Shown: positions 1 to 12,644 of the stretch, piece after piece
How the letters are laid out: the number at the start of each line of letters is the position of its first letter
Position numbering within the stretch: position 1 is the first letter of the stretch
Assembly: GCF_006345805.1 (NCBI RefSeq)
Contig: NC_042997.1
Location: forward strand, 46,252,001-46,316,000
From: Octopus sinensis
Lineage: Eukaryota
Direction of reading: 5' to 3'
Length of the DNA stretch: 64,000 nucleotides
Made by a program: the position numbers and the translations under genes
Notes under the pieces: generated by a model
Told to the model about the DNA's origin: nothing
Databases searched by the model: none
What the model saw: only the letters and a program-made list of their open reading frames with translations

Positions 1-319
1 GCATATTGTTACCACGAAACATTACAAAGCAGTGGCTGGCAAAAGACGGAAGGGAATATGTCTAGACGAATATTAATACTAATATTCAGAACGATGAACG
101 TTAGAATCAAAATATATAACACAATCATCGAGTGTAAATCATTAGGTGCATACATACATACATACATACATACATACATACGCACACACATACATACACA
201 TATACACACATACATACATACATACACATATACATACATACATACACATATACATACATACACATATACAAACATACACACATACATACGTACACATATA
301 TATATGTATATATATATAT

Positions 320-580
320 AAAATATATATATAAAAATATAAAATAGGACAAGAACGCAAAACATTCAAATAGACGATACAAAAACGGACGGGTCATTCG
401 AAGACTCTAATCTTTAGTCAAGAACCGGATCATCCTCGCAATTTCGGCTGATTAATCTTGAGATTGCTCCGATCTGACCAGCCCCAAGGAAAAACTAAGC
501 TACGAGCATTAGATTTCTTGGGAAAAGGATCGAATGTATACGAAACAAGGACAGAAAAACGGACGATGATACACGTAAAT
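320..580. repeat. Copy 1 of a ~250-bp direct repeat (unclassified retroelement terminal repeat)
   Basis: 341-580 is highly similar to 1178-1417, with an offset of 837 bp; ~600 bp of partly purine-rich sequence lies between the copies. Confidence 0.8.
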
Positions 581-1156
581 AAATACAAAAAACAAAAAGT
601 AATACGAATATAAATACAAAAAACAATAATAATAATAATAATAACAGGACAAAAACAACAGGCGCCTTTCGACTTTAGACAATTCAACTTAGCTGGCGTG
701 TTTGAAAAATAATGCTTTACTGCAGACAAAGACATCGATGTTGTTCTGGCGCTGGTCAGAAACCGAAAGGCTATAGTTGACCGGCGGTCACGTGAGAAGA
801 GAAGTGAGAGAAGAAAGGGGCAAAGGAATTAAAGAGAGGGAGAATAGAGAGAAAAAAAGGGGCAAAGGAATTAAAGAGAGGGAGAAGAGGGAGAAAAAGA
901 AAGAAAGAAGGAATTAAGGAGAGGGAGAAGAAAGAGAGCGTGCGAAGAATTGGTGGGACAAAAGAAAGGCAGGGTCAGTGAGGTGCAAAGTAAGAGTAGA
1001 GAAATGTGAGAGGGTGGGGAAAGAGGAGACCAAAGAATCAAAGAGGCGAGAAAAGAGCAAGACAGAGAAACAGTGTGTAGTAGTCGTACAAAGTTTAGTG
1101 GAATGCTTACATACATATAAGAGGAAGGTATACGTACGCCGCAAAAATATATGTAT

Positions 1157-1417
1157 AAAAAATATATATAAAAATACAAAATAGTACAAGAATGCAAAAC
1201 ATTCAAATAGACGATACAAAAACGGACTGGTCATTCGAAGCCTCTAATCTTCAGTCAAGAACCGGATCATCCTCGAAATTTCGGCTGATTAATCTTGAGA
1301 TCGCTCTGATCCGGCCAGCCCCAAGGAAAAACTAAGCTACGAGCATTAGATTTCTTGGGAAAGGGATCGAATGTATACGAAACAAGGACAGAAAAACGGA
1401 CGATGTTACACGGAAAT
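1157..1417. repeat. Copy 2 of the ~250-bp direct repeat
   Basis: Near-identical to 341-580 (aacattcaaatagacgatacaaaaacggac...cgaaacaaggacagaaaaacggacgatg). Confidence 0.8.
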
Positions 1418-1434
1418 ATTTATATATGTATATA

Positions 1435-1571
<137 letters not shown>

Positions 1572-1665
1572 GTGTATGTGAAAAGGTTAAATTATATTCC
1601 ATTCTTTACTTTGGATGGTTCCAAAGGGTAATTTCTAACAAAGATTCTTCATATTTTGTTGGTAG

Positions 1666-1718
<53 letters not shown>

Positions 1719-4079
1719 CCTTCCTTTAGTATATTAGAGGTAACCTAATATACATACATGGGTAATTTACACACACACACACGTGAGTGTGTGTGAATGT
1801 ATGTATATGTATATATTGATGTATATGTATATATTTATGTGTATATACACACATGCACATATATGTAACAATGTTTTTATAAATATTGGTTATAAATCAG
1901 AAATACCATTAGGATTTAGGACTTAAAGGTAAAACTATTTTGTGGGTGGTGGTAAATTTTATTCTATACAAGTCGAAAATCAAGCATCAAAGCGTTTATA
2001 TATTACTTTGTTTTACTGCGTTCAATGTAATCGACTTATCCACTCCCGTAAATTTGCTGGCCTTGTGCCAACATTTGAAATTATTATTATTGTTTATTTT
2101 GTGCATCATCTACAAGTACGTGTGTATTCATCATTATTATATTTATTTTATCAAATTTTAGAAAAGCTGATGCATGTCTCCCCTGACAATTCTGGAGCAT
2201 AATCACCTTATCGGTGCCTGGGACTTGACCCGCCCTATATTTGTAAAACTAAAACGTTTTAATAAATCCCTTTGAATAAACAGTCTCTTTTGAACCACGT
2301 TATTCCTTTGTGAAATACAAGTACACCTTTATCATTGATAAATGCTAAAATTGTTCTCATATACTATGAATATGTATGTGAAAATAGCGAACTGTATTAG
2401 AAGCATGACGGCTGCAATGCTTCTAGTATGGCAATATTCAGTTATGGCAATATTTTTCAAGCAAAGCAGAAGGAGGCTGTATGCGGCGGTTCATTTGTTA
2501 GAAATAGGTGATTACACAGTATAATGTTAAGATTACAGACTATAAATTACACACTGTAATATTTAAAGAACAAAAGAAAACATCATGTTTCTGAATGCGC
2601 TTTCCCTGCTTTGTCGCAGAAGTTTTGAGTACGCAGAGAAAATGTTAGATGTCTTTTGAATAGTTTGGACAAGGAGCAACATTTGCAGAGGAGAAATTAG
2701 TTTGTTTTGACGTTGACAACTTAATGACGCTATAGAAGTGTATCGTTATCAAACGGCAGAATAATTAGGTTGGCGGTTTACCTCTGAAATGCGCATTTTG
2801 AATTATATATATTTTCAACAACACCTGTGTACACGTCTTGGGGAAATGACATAGCTGATTAAATCAGGCTGATTGTAATACTTCGCAGGCCGAATCTGGA
2901 AGATAATGTGAACTCTGTCAGAATTTGAACTGGAATTGTAAGAGAGTATTTCTATATACTGTAGCATATTTAGTCTGACTCTTTACCGTTTTAGTGACTT
3001 ATTGCCATTGAATTCTGTCTGTTATTGAAACGCATTTTGAAAGGAACGCGAAGGACAGAAGATAAGTCAGTCAGAATAGCGTCAGTCAGAATTGAACTCA
3101 GGATCACGAGGCGAAGAAATTAGCACTATATATCACATAATCCGTTTTGAAACAAACTTCAGCATCTCCATTGAATCACAATAAAATCATAAAACGAATT
3201 TAGGTAGTGGCCTTCGGCTCACACTTGCGAAATGCATAACCAGAATGTTAATTTATTTTTGTATTCACTCAATGTATATGAAAACAGCAGCCTGTCATCT
3301 TGTATAGAAAAAATATAACACAGCACCTGCTCATTGTAATACAGAAAAACTGAAAATTATTTCCAAAATTCCATTGCAGATATCTTATTCATTTCATCAA
3401 AAGAATTTCTGTGAAAAGAAAGAATTCAATTGAATCACGTCAGTAAATAAAGGTCCTTGCTTATCTATTTCCTAAAACGTATTTTCTTTCGTTCTGATTA
3501 ACTCAATATAAACTTTTTGTAAACCAAATTTCAGTGGAAACATACAAAGAATTTCATTTGTATTTTCAGCTCCGAACCAAATCTGATTCATAACTTTGCT
3601 GATTTGATTCACAACCTTTGATAATCATCCGCTGCACATACTGCTGCCACTACTGTGCTACTGCTTATGCCAAGATTTGTGTTAAAAAATATTGTGCTTT
3701 GTTTTTGTATATGATTCTGATTACCATTTGCCTGATTTCAAACGTTCATTCAACTCTAAAATATGCACTCAAACACACATCCACCTTCCCATAATTTTAT
3801 ATAACAAGACAATATGTTTTGCTTTGTTGCCTTCTGTGTGATAACCGGCATTAAAAATTAAGTAATGCATGTTATTTTGTTTGATGAACTGCAATGTCTT
3901 CAACACTCGTTACTGAAACAGTAGTGTAAATATATCGACTTCAGTACATATTTGTTACTTGCTTTATTGATTTGTTGATTATTTAAGTTGAACACGTAAA
4001 CAAGCAGGACTTCATACAAAGACGCACATAAAAATACAGAAGCAAACACACACATTTATGTGCATGTATACTTATATAC

Positions 4080-4136
<57 letters not shown>

Positions 4137-5026
4137 CATAATGATATCCGCGGGACAGCTGATGATGGAGGTATGTTGGATTGGTGATATGGCTGTTGAT
4201 GTTTATGTGGATTAGAAGTATTGAAATGTTGGTATGGCTGTGAAATAGTATTATAACAGATCCCTCATACACACTCATACAAACACACACACATCTTTTT
4301 ATTGAACATAGAGCTGGGAGTTTCTCTCTCGGCTTCGGTTTTCACGTCACTTCGATCTTCGGTCAAGAACTATCAAATATACAAACTAACAAAATTTATA
4401 AAAAAGAAAATAATTGAAATACATGGTATCATGCACAGATATTTTTCAATCGATAAAAACATAATTCCATAAAGGAAGAGATGCTTTAATCACAAATTAG
4501 TTCACACAAATACCTCAAGCGTTAAAGGTGCTATGCTTACAATAGATATCACCCTAATTTCCTTTTCGAGTAGTCCATTCATTAAAAAAAAAAACCTTCT
4601 CAGAAAGAAGCATATACCACGTTACATACACGTGAATATCCACATTGAAACAAGCTCTTCACTAATAAGGCCCACCAATAAATCCCTAAACAAATTTATA
4701 ACACGTCCTTATACACGATTGCAAGAATTACGGCTTCAAAAAGTAGCATGGCTAATCAATGACGAGGTCAGTGAAACACCTCTCAATCAATTTGCTCTCG
4801 TAGAGCAAAGCTGTTAAAAATCCAAGCATTGGATCACACATATAACAAGGGATATAAATACATCACCAAACCGAGTCCTAATCGTTCACGCTTCAAGATC
4901 GCAACGGTGTGAAGCTCCATTCGCAAAACAATCTCTCGGTTAAAGTTTCAAAACAAAAGAAAGAAAATTATATCCACTGCCACATGTACTGACTACTTCT
5001 GCTCATTCGTTAGTTATAGAGCAATG

Positions 5027-5081
<55 letters not shown>

Positions 5082-5283
5082 ATATATATATATTTAAGTA
5101 GGTGAATGAATTATCCTAGTATGGATAATTCGGTTAATCGATACCTGGGTAGCAAATTCACGTCAGAAAACACGGTTGAAGCTACATGCCAAAGGCAGAA
5201 ACCCCATGTTCTTCTGTGGAAATTTGTGTGTTTTTTTATATGAATAAATGAAAGAATAGAGACGAACGAGGATTTTAACAACA

Positions 5284-5380
5284 TTCCTTTACTCTCAAAA
5301 CGTTTCGAAGACTGCATACTCTTAAATCCGAAGGAATAGAGGGTGCATTATGCCATCTTCTCATCAGGAAAGACAAGGAA
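5284..5380 (-). ncRNA. Type I hammerhead ribozyme with intact CUGAUGA/GAAA but damaged stem III
   Basis: Minus strand: TTCCTTgtCTTTC CTGATGA GAAGA..GCATA...TATGC..TCTTC GAAAC gtttt GAGAGtaAAGGAA. Stems I and II pair; stem III (AC-g-TT) is mismatched. Confidence 0.6.
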
Positions 5381-5411
5381 CCTATATCAGCCTCAAGACG
5401 AACAAAAACTT

Positions 5412-5510
5412 TTCCTTGTCTTTCCTAATGAGAAGACGGCATAATGCACCCTTTATTCCTTCGGAATTAAGAGTATGCAATCTTCGAAACACGTGTTGAG
5501 AGTAAAGGAA
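5412..5510 (+). ncRNA. Type I hammerhead ribozyme with G5A core mutation (probably inactive)
   Basis: CTTTC CTAATGA (5425-5431) GAAGA..GCATA...TATGC..TCTTC GAA ACAC GTGT T GAGAG: palindromic stem III, GUU triplet at 5495-5497, and stem I CTTTC/GAGAG plus TTCCTT/AAGGAA. Confidence 0.65.
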
Positions 5511-5561
5511 TTTTGTTAAAATCTTCGTTCGACTCCATTCTTTCATTTATATATATATATA

Positions 5562-6867
5562 CGAGGGACGTTCAATAAGTAATGCCTCTGACCCACTTGC
5601 AATTGTTTGATCTAGCTGAAATTTTGCATGTGCAATCATTTATATCTCTATAGAGTAAGTGGCAAATTACAGCTCTGAATTAATTGTGGTTTAATTGTGT
5701 GAATTAATTCTGATTTACAGGTGTTTGAACCGAGTCAAGTGTGAAATGGAGCCTGTTGAGTGTCGAGCAGTGATCCGGTTTTTGTATTTGAAAGGACGCA
5801 CACCACGGGAGACTTTTGATGAAATGAAAGTAACTTATGGTGATGATGCCCCATCATATGACCTTGTAAAACGCTGGCATCGTGAATTCAAACATGGTCG
5901 GAACTCTGTGGAAACAGCTCCCAGATCTGGTCGCCCCCTTCTGCCATTGATGAGGCATCTGTCCGTCAAGTTGAGGCTGCCATTTTGGAAGATCGACGCA
6001 TATATATTCGCCAAATAGCCCATGAGGTCAAGATTAGTACCGGGTCTGTGGAAACTATCATTCATGACCATTTGCATATGCAAAAGGTGTCTGCCAGATG
6101 GATTCCCAGGTTGCTCACGCCTTTCCAGAAGCAAGAACGCGTCGAGTGCTCGAGAGTGAATTTGGAGATGTGCCAAGAAGATGAGTCAAAATTTTTCAAA
6201 AGACTGATTACACAGGATGAAACCTGGGTCCATCACGATGATTCAGAGACCAAAGCCCAGTCAATGCAGTGGAAGCACCGTGACTCACCCCCTCCAAAGA
6301 AGGCAAGGGTGCAGCCCTCCGCTGGCAAGGTCATGTTCACAGTCTTCTGGGACTAGGACGGAGTAGTGATGACAGATTTCCTGGCAAAGGGTACCACAAT
6401 TGCAGGAGCCTATTATGCTTCACTTTTGAGGAAATTAAGAGAAGTTATCAAAATCAAGAGGCGGGGCAAGATCAGCAAAGGCATCCTCCTCCTGCAGGAC
6501 AACGCTCCGGTCCACAACTCGCTTGTCGCCAGATCAGAACTCAGGCGTATGGCTATGAACTCCTCCCCATCCCCCCTACTTTCCTGACCTTGCACCCTCT
6601 GATTTTCACCTCTTCCCAATCATGAAGTTGTTTTTGAAAGGAAAGCGTTTCCCAGATGATGCAGCCTTGATTTCTGAAGTCACGTTGAGGTTGGAGGACC
6701 AAGCTGGGTTCTTCTACAAAAACGGTCTCCAGAGCCGCATCAAACGATGGGAGAAATGCGTAACTCTGGGTTGTTCCTATGTAGAAAAAGACTAATAACT
6801 GTGCCAAGTTTCGTTGCTCTACTGCTATGGGAAGTGGGTCAGGGGCATTACTTATTGAACGCCCCTC

Positions 6868-6868
<1 letters not shown>
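5562..6868 (+). mobile_element. Full-length mariner DNA transposon (D,D34D; Hsmar2/irritans-like TIR), 1307 bp
   Basis: 37-bp TIRs (cgagggacgttcaataagtaatgcctctgacccactt / aagtgggtcaggggcattacttattgaacgcccctcg, 2 mismatches); TA on both sides, embedded in (TA)n. Confidence 0.95.
5746..6795 (+). pseudogene. Mariner transposase pseudogene
   Basis: MEPVECRAVIRFLYLKG...WHREFK..RSGRP, WIPRLL, QDETW, LLQDNAPVH, PDLAPSDFHLF, WEKCV; 34 residues between catalytic D2 and D3. Frameshift at ~5936, TAG at 6354-6356, two frameshifts at ~6540-6570. Confidence 0.93.
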
Positions 6869-6918
<50 letters not shown>

Positions 6919-7782
6919 CAAGAAAAAAGCAACAAGAATGGATCGGTATATTAGTACAATTGTTTCATACTAAAAACATTTAATTTCAAGCTGCAAATAT
7001 TACAGCAAATATAATGTCAAGTATTCATCAGCTAAATCACATATAGGTTTTCCATATATTCTTAGAGAGTGTAAATATCCTTATGAAGTGACCTTTGTCG
7101 TTGGTATCTTTATTCCTTCTTACACCCCCATTTCTTTTCTCCTGATGTCATTTGCTTTAGCCAAACCTACCCTGCTGTCTTTCTTGCTACTACTATAGAA
7201 TTTTGTCTGCAACAGTTAGATGCGAACTTAACCGTGGTATGACCAGCATCTTTCCTCATGCCTCTTGGAACTTATACCCACATTTTTATAAGTAGGTCTA
7301 TCTTCTCTGAGATGTTAATAACCATTTCAAAAATTTTATATTGTTGGAAAACATATATAGTCTGCTTGGAATCTTACTTCAGATTCATGGAACTCACTCC
7401 TATAACTTCATAAGGATATTTACACTCTCAAAGAATATATGGAAAACCTATATGTGATTTAGCTGATGAATACTTGACATTATATTTGCTGTAATATTTG
7501 CGGCTTGAAATTAAATGTTTTTAGTATGAAACAATTGTACTAATCTACCGATCCATTCTTGTTGCTTTTTTCTTGGTTATAATCACCCCACATAATTTTA
7601 TGGTTAATACCATAAAGAATGTTGGTGCATCTAAGTTAAGTACCATATTCATTTGAATTCTTTTGAATCTTAATTGTTTTTGCTGAAATATATATATATA
7701 TATATATAAATTAGAGAAAACACCACTATTATGTAATTCAAACGATGATAGACATAAAACATATCATACAGAAAAAAGAAAA

Positions 7783-8176
7783 TCTCTATAAATATAAAGC
7801 TGAAGTTGTCTGTGTATGGCAGGTTTCGTAGCCTTGAACTAACACTATCTCCTCCGAAACCCTGCGGCACAAGTTGACCAAAATTGAGAGTATGATAGAA
7901 GAAGCCTTGCTCTTCCTTCCATAGAAGAAGCATTCAAATCGGACCATGTTAACATCAAAAATTATTTACATCAAAAAGTTGCTTTTTTTTTCTATGAAAA
8001 TCCCTATTTTTTTACGGTTTTTTTACTGTTGTGTCGTCATTTTTCATTGTATTTCAACCAGAAAAATGTTCACTTAAAGAGAATAACAAGCTACATAATG
8101 CAAAAGTTTTACTTTTCAAAAATTCCAATTCTAAAGAGTCGAAACAAACCCGAGCAACGCCGGGTGATACTGCTAG
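7783..8176 (+). mobile_element. Non-autonomous Helitron
   Basis: A|TCTCTATAAATATAAA 5' end; 3' hairpin cccg-agcaacgc-cggg followed by CTAG|T. Confidence 0.75.
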
Positions 8177-8370
8177 TATATGATAAATCATTTATCTAGA
8201 TCACAAAAAGTACATAATAATAAATAAATAGTATATAACAAGTAAAAAGCCTACGCACGTTTCGTGGCTATAACTTCAATTCGACTTACAGTTAAATTTT
8301 AATTTAATCGATGTAAATAATTCTCCCTAATGTTGTTGTTGTTATTGTTATTCTTATTATTATTATTATT

Positions 8371-8908
8371 GAGTGAGAGAGCAGTTCATGCCATCAAAGA
8401 GACACTGGGGTAAAATATACGAAGCCCAATATACCCATCATGACTACCCGTCTGATAAGGGTACACCAGGCACATGCATCACAACCATATGTGCGCGACA
8501 TGTGATCTCATATCAGATAAACAGCACATGACCTTGCAGGTGGGGCCCAGTTAGAATTTTCTTCAGGTTGAGTAGACCATCCTGCTCAAACGGTCCCTGA
8601 ATAAGGGTTGTTTAAGGTTGTTGAAAGAACTACCCATGTTTCCAGATGAATTATTCAAACCCCAAAGAATCCCTCTCAACACATGCTCCCCCACTACTTC
8701 TGCTCGTGATCAGAGATGCACATATCGTCAGCCACTAAGGGACATGCTCAACTGGTTAAGGTCAAACAACTGACAAGCAAATCTGTGGTATTGAGCAGAA
8801 TATGTGCTGTAGCCCATCTTTTATACCAAGACAAAACAAGTACATGATAACACTCCAATCAGTTAAGATCAGAAGCCATGAGAGCCACTGCCTGGTACTG
8901 CATCAGGG
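8371..8908 (-). mobile_element. ~540-bp non-coding (AAT)n-flanked retroposon, copy A
   Basis: Highly similar to 17882-18415, 19734-20230 and 30707-30820; (ATT)n on both sides. Confidence 0.8.
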
Positions 8909-8946
<38 letters not shown>

Positions 8947-10819
8947 TATTATTATTATTATTATTATTATTTTATTTAATATATATAGGATATAGGTATG
9001 TATGTGCGAGCGTGTGGGTATGTATACAGTAGTGAGAAAGAAATTGGCGAAGGCAGCTGTGCCGATGCTTCGAAGTCATATTCAACCTTTCCTTTGTTAA
9101 AATCTAAATTTGTAATTTCCTGTGTTGTGAGTGATCATTCAATTAGTATTTGACAGATTTTGCATATAATTTACAAAAACCATTGAAGTATACATATTTA
9201 TAGACTTATATGTGTGTATATAAATGTATATATATAGAAAAGAGTCACAGAGAAATGAAACTGGAATTGTGCTGCCCTGTAGAATTAACTAGAATGCATA
9301 TATTTGCCTGTTGCAGTTGTATACTTGCGTTTAATTTAAATTCGTTTTCTTATCTATGAATCGAATCTATGGAAATCTATAAATCTTTATACCCAACATA
9401 AAAATTGCAATTAAGCCAATGCTATAAACGCGCTGAATTTTCGTAGCGCAATGTTAGTTTATATTTATCTATTTAAACGATTCGATAATTATTACGCTAT
9501 CGTGTTCCTTTTACGTCATCATTTAATATTATAGATATTCTCACACAATAGAAAATGTTTTACTGTCGTAAAAAGCAGATTTGGTCGTTCAGATGTGTTT
9601 ACACGAGAAGTGGTGCGGCCCTGCTTTCTAACAACAACCGATTATCATTCGAATTTGGGTTGTTATTGTCCACATTGGGAGCCGTCTAGTTAAGATTTGT
9701 AATTAGTCCACTGATCGATATTGTAGAAGCTAGGAAGCATTTGTAAATGTGAAGTAATTGATACAATGAATAGTATATCTACTCCGAGTTTGGTTTGAGT
9801 TTTGGTCCTTACATGGAACTACTGAAATCAATCCACTATCCTTTGAGAAGATTCTACTTTCCCAATCGGGTGACTGTTTCATTACACGAAAGTTTTTCGA
9901 GGAATTACAAGTGACTCACTGCCAATATCTTCAACTTATGGTTTACTTAATGTACGAAATTCTTCAAGTTCGAGAACAACAAAAAATCCTCCATACTTTC
10001 TGGTTTTATCTATATGATCATGGATAAGGGAATTTTCTTCCCAATGGTAACTGAAACATTCTCAATAGAATGAACATCGTCTTAATCACCAGGAGAGTGT
10101 CACCACTTTCGTCACCTGTTTGAGAGACAATTGATATTGCACCGATCTGCTATATACCTTAAAAACAAAATCAATTATCCGTTTCTTATTTCTGCCACTA
10201 ATCGAACTCTCCGTTGGTTAATTTTAAAGCAATTTGTTAGTGTTTTTGATTTGTTTGTGCAACTCTCAGTAAAGGCAATTGTGACAACACTTTCTACATG
10301 ACATTTCTCGAACAGCAGTTTCTTAGCCACGATAATACCCAGCTGTTGCCACAGTATTGAAATTTACCATGTAATTTAAACTAGCCTCTGGGACCGCATC
10401 TCAGTCATCATCCACGGAAAAGGAACCATCCTGAGAATCCCTAGTCATATGAGTGTGCTCTGTTATCACGATCGAATGCTCAAGCATGACTTTTGTGTCT
10501 ACGAAAGAACTAATACCGAACACTTAAAATCAGACAGTTAATGCGAATACTTAATCTCCATAACAAGATTAAGAAGTGTCTGTAAAAAATTCATTTTACA
10601 AACTACAAGCATCAATCACGAATAAAGTGACGCCTTTCGTACGTACAAGAAAATAAAGCTGTTATTTCTTTAGACACCTTATATACATACGTACATACAT
10701 ACATGCAAGCATATGTAAATACATACATATATGCAAAAATACATTCATGTATGTATATACATTATCATATATATATATATATGTATGCATGTATTTATGT
10801 ATGTATATTTATGTCACTT

Positions 10820-11499
10820 GTCGCTTGAAGACCAATCTCGTTCAGAGCGACCGTCGACCTCCCGAACGAAAGAAAACATCACGAAAATTCATGAACTAAT
10901 CTTAGAGGACCGTCACCGAACAACTGACGAACTTGTTATGGCCGGTGATACGACCAGTGTCTCCTGGAGCTCCTCCCAACGAATTTTGAGCTAAGAATTG
11001 CAAAGGAAAAGTGTTGCAACAAAATTTGTGCTTCACTTGCTCACGAAAGATCAAAAGCAGACACAACTGAATGCGTACCGTGAAGTGAAAGAAGAGTTGG
11101 AATTTGATCCGAACCTGTTTTCGAAGGTCATTTCTCATGAAGAAAGCTGGAGTTACGGCTACGCACCGGAAGGGAAGCAGCAATAAAGTCAATGGAAGCA
11201 TTCAATGTCATCACGCCTCCAAAAGTGTGTCATGTGAAGACCAGTGTCAAGAAGATGCTGATCTGTTTCATCGATGCGATAGGAATTGTGGAAGAGGTTC
11301 AGAAAAAAAAAGACGACGGAAGCGTTAAAAGGCATCACTTCGTACAATTTCTAGGGCTGGTTCGAACAGAGGAAGATGCGTGTGGAGTGATGCATTGCTT
11401 CAAATGGAGAATATTTTGAAGGCGATAAAAGTGGAAACATTTAAAACTAAGTGAATAAAATAATATTGCAAAATTCCGGGCTTTTTGGGTACCCCTTTG
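10820..11499 (+). mobile_element. Decayed mariner fragment (5'-truncated, internally deleted) with 3' TIR
   Basis: Translations EDQSRSERPSTS, ILEDRHRT, KFVLHLLT, HEESWSYGYAPEGKQQ, KKMLICFID; 3' TIR gcaaaattccgggctttttgggtacccctttg|TA resembles that at 33130-33162. Confidence 0.85.
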
Positions 11500-11676
11500 T
11501 ATACAGACAGATGACGGATATATATATATATATGTTTACGGAGATGTACTTGCATAGCGAGTGACTTGATCTGAGATCGTGTGCTGGAACGAAAACAATT
11601 GCAGCATGGAAGGTGTTCATAAGCCATTTAAGAAACACACAAAAACCGTTAGATTCACTTCAGCATTTAAATTTAA

Positions 11677-11727
11677 TTTGTCAAAATAGTTTCTTCGCTA
11701 TAAGACCTCGACCTGTTCACTGACAAA
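11677..11727 (-). ncRNA. Second, more degenerate copy of the G3-C8 hammerhead-like motif
   Basis: Minus strand: TTTGTCA GTGAACA G GTCGaggtcttatagCGAA GAA ACTATT T TGACAAA; mismatches in stems II and III. Confidence 0.4.
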
Positions 11728-11746
11728 ACTTCGTGCAGCAAGAAGT

Positions 11747-11797
11747 TTTGTCAGTGAACAGGTCGCAGTCTCAAAGCGACGAAAATATTTTGACAAA
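11747..11797 (+). ncRNA. Minimal type I hammerhead-like motif with G3-C8 core variant
   Basis: TTTGTCA GTGAACA G GTCGC agtctcaaa GCGAC GAA AATATT T TGACAAA: 7-bp stem I, 5-bp stem II, palindromic stem III and UUU triplet; core GUGAACA in place of CUGANGA. Confidence 0.55.
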
Positions 11798-12644
11798 TTA
11801 AATTTAAATGCTGAAGTGAATCTAACGGTTTTGTGTGTTTCTTAAATGGCTTATGAACACCTTCCATGCTGCAATTGTTATATATATAAATATATAGGAA
11901 AGTAGATAAATGGATGGCTAAATAGATGGATGGATAGATAGACAGGTGTAATATAATCATTGATACGTACATGGAAATACTTTGCGAAATGGTTGTAAGA
12001 ACTCTGAAACAGCTCTGTATTGCCAGAAGTTGAATGGCGATGTAAAATATAATATATTTCCCGCGCAAGTACTGCAGCCATAACCTTAAATCTATATCAA
12101 CTTCATATGGCATCCGGATTGGAGACGTGAAGCGACATTTTTAGAAGAGAGAAATTATCGGTAAATCTCTCATTCAGGTTTGCGAGCACGAATTTACAAT
12201 ATCAATGCCCAATGAACATCAAGAGGAATACAATCTGACTTACATTTCTCTTTAAAGAGAATTGGAAAATCACCCTTAAAGTGGCAAAAATAAAAAAAAA
12301 ATAAATGATTAGTTTCCTTGAAAATGTCGCTCATAGATACTAGACATAAAAACTGCACTGAGAACCTAGAGTGCAGTACAGGCAAATTTATGTTATCTCA
12401 CCTCGAAAATTACCCCCGAGCAACCGAGGAGCGAGAAATTCTCTGCAAATACCGTCTACATAAAAGACAATGCACATATGCTGAATTGGGAGTATTGGTA
12501 CATGTTAGATCTGGAGAGACTGGGTAAAACAGAATTGGTAAAAGGATTAGAAATGAGTAGAAATGGCACAAAACCAGTCTATTGCAAGAAACACAGGCCA
12601 TTGAAGTAACTGTAGGAAAGACAGACATGAAATACAGTAAGCCA

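Larger units (their letters stand above)
5244..5550. mobile_element. Inverted (head-to-head) pair of hammerhead-bearing Penelope-like terminal repeats
   Basis: Arms 5244-5380 and 5412-5550 (~138 bp) are reverse complements around a 31-bp spacer. Each arm has a type I hammerhead layout. The right end runs into (TA)n. Confidence 0.7.
11594..11879. mobile_element. ~286-bp palindrome: head-to-head pair of hammerhead-like repeats
   Basis: Arms 11594-11732 and 11742-11879 are near-perfect reverse complements around a 9-nt loop; the right end abuts (TA)n. Confidence 0.85.

Noticed and set aside
9-397. Long YI/CV/HT-rich ORFs here and at 14-16.6, 39, 44.6, 55.3 and 59.7 kb
   Set aside because: They are translations of (TA), (CA), (CATA) and (GATA) microsatellites.
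745-785. ctggcgctGGTcagaaACCGAAA, a possible hammerhead
   Set aside because: Two core mismatches and weak stems I and III.
9500-10500. Possible decayed minus-strand coding sequence
   Set aside because: Multiple stops in every frame and no motif I can assign.
12400-12640. LINE APE endonuclease start (LLQET-like)
   Set aside because: A single short motif amid stops is insufficient evidence.
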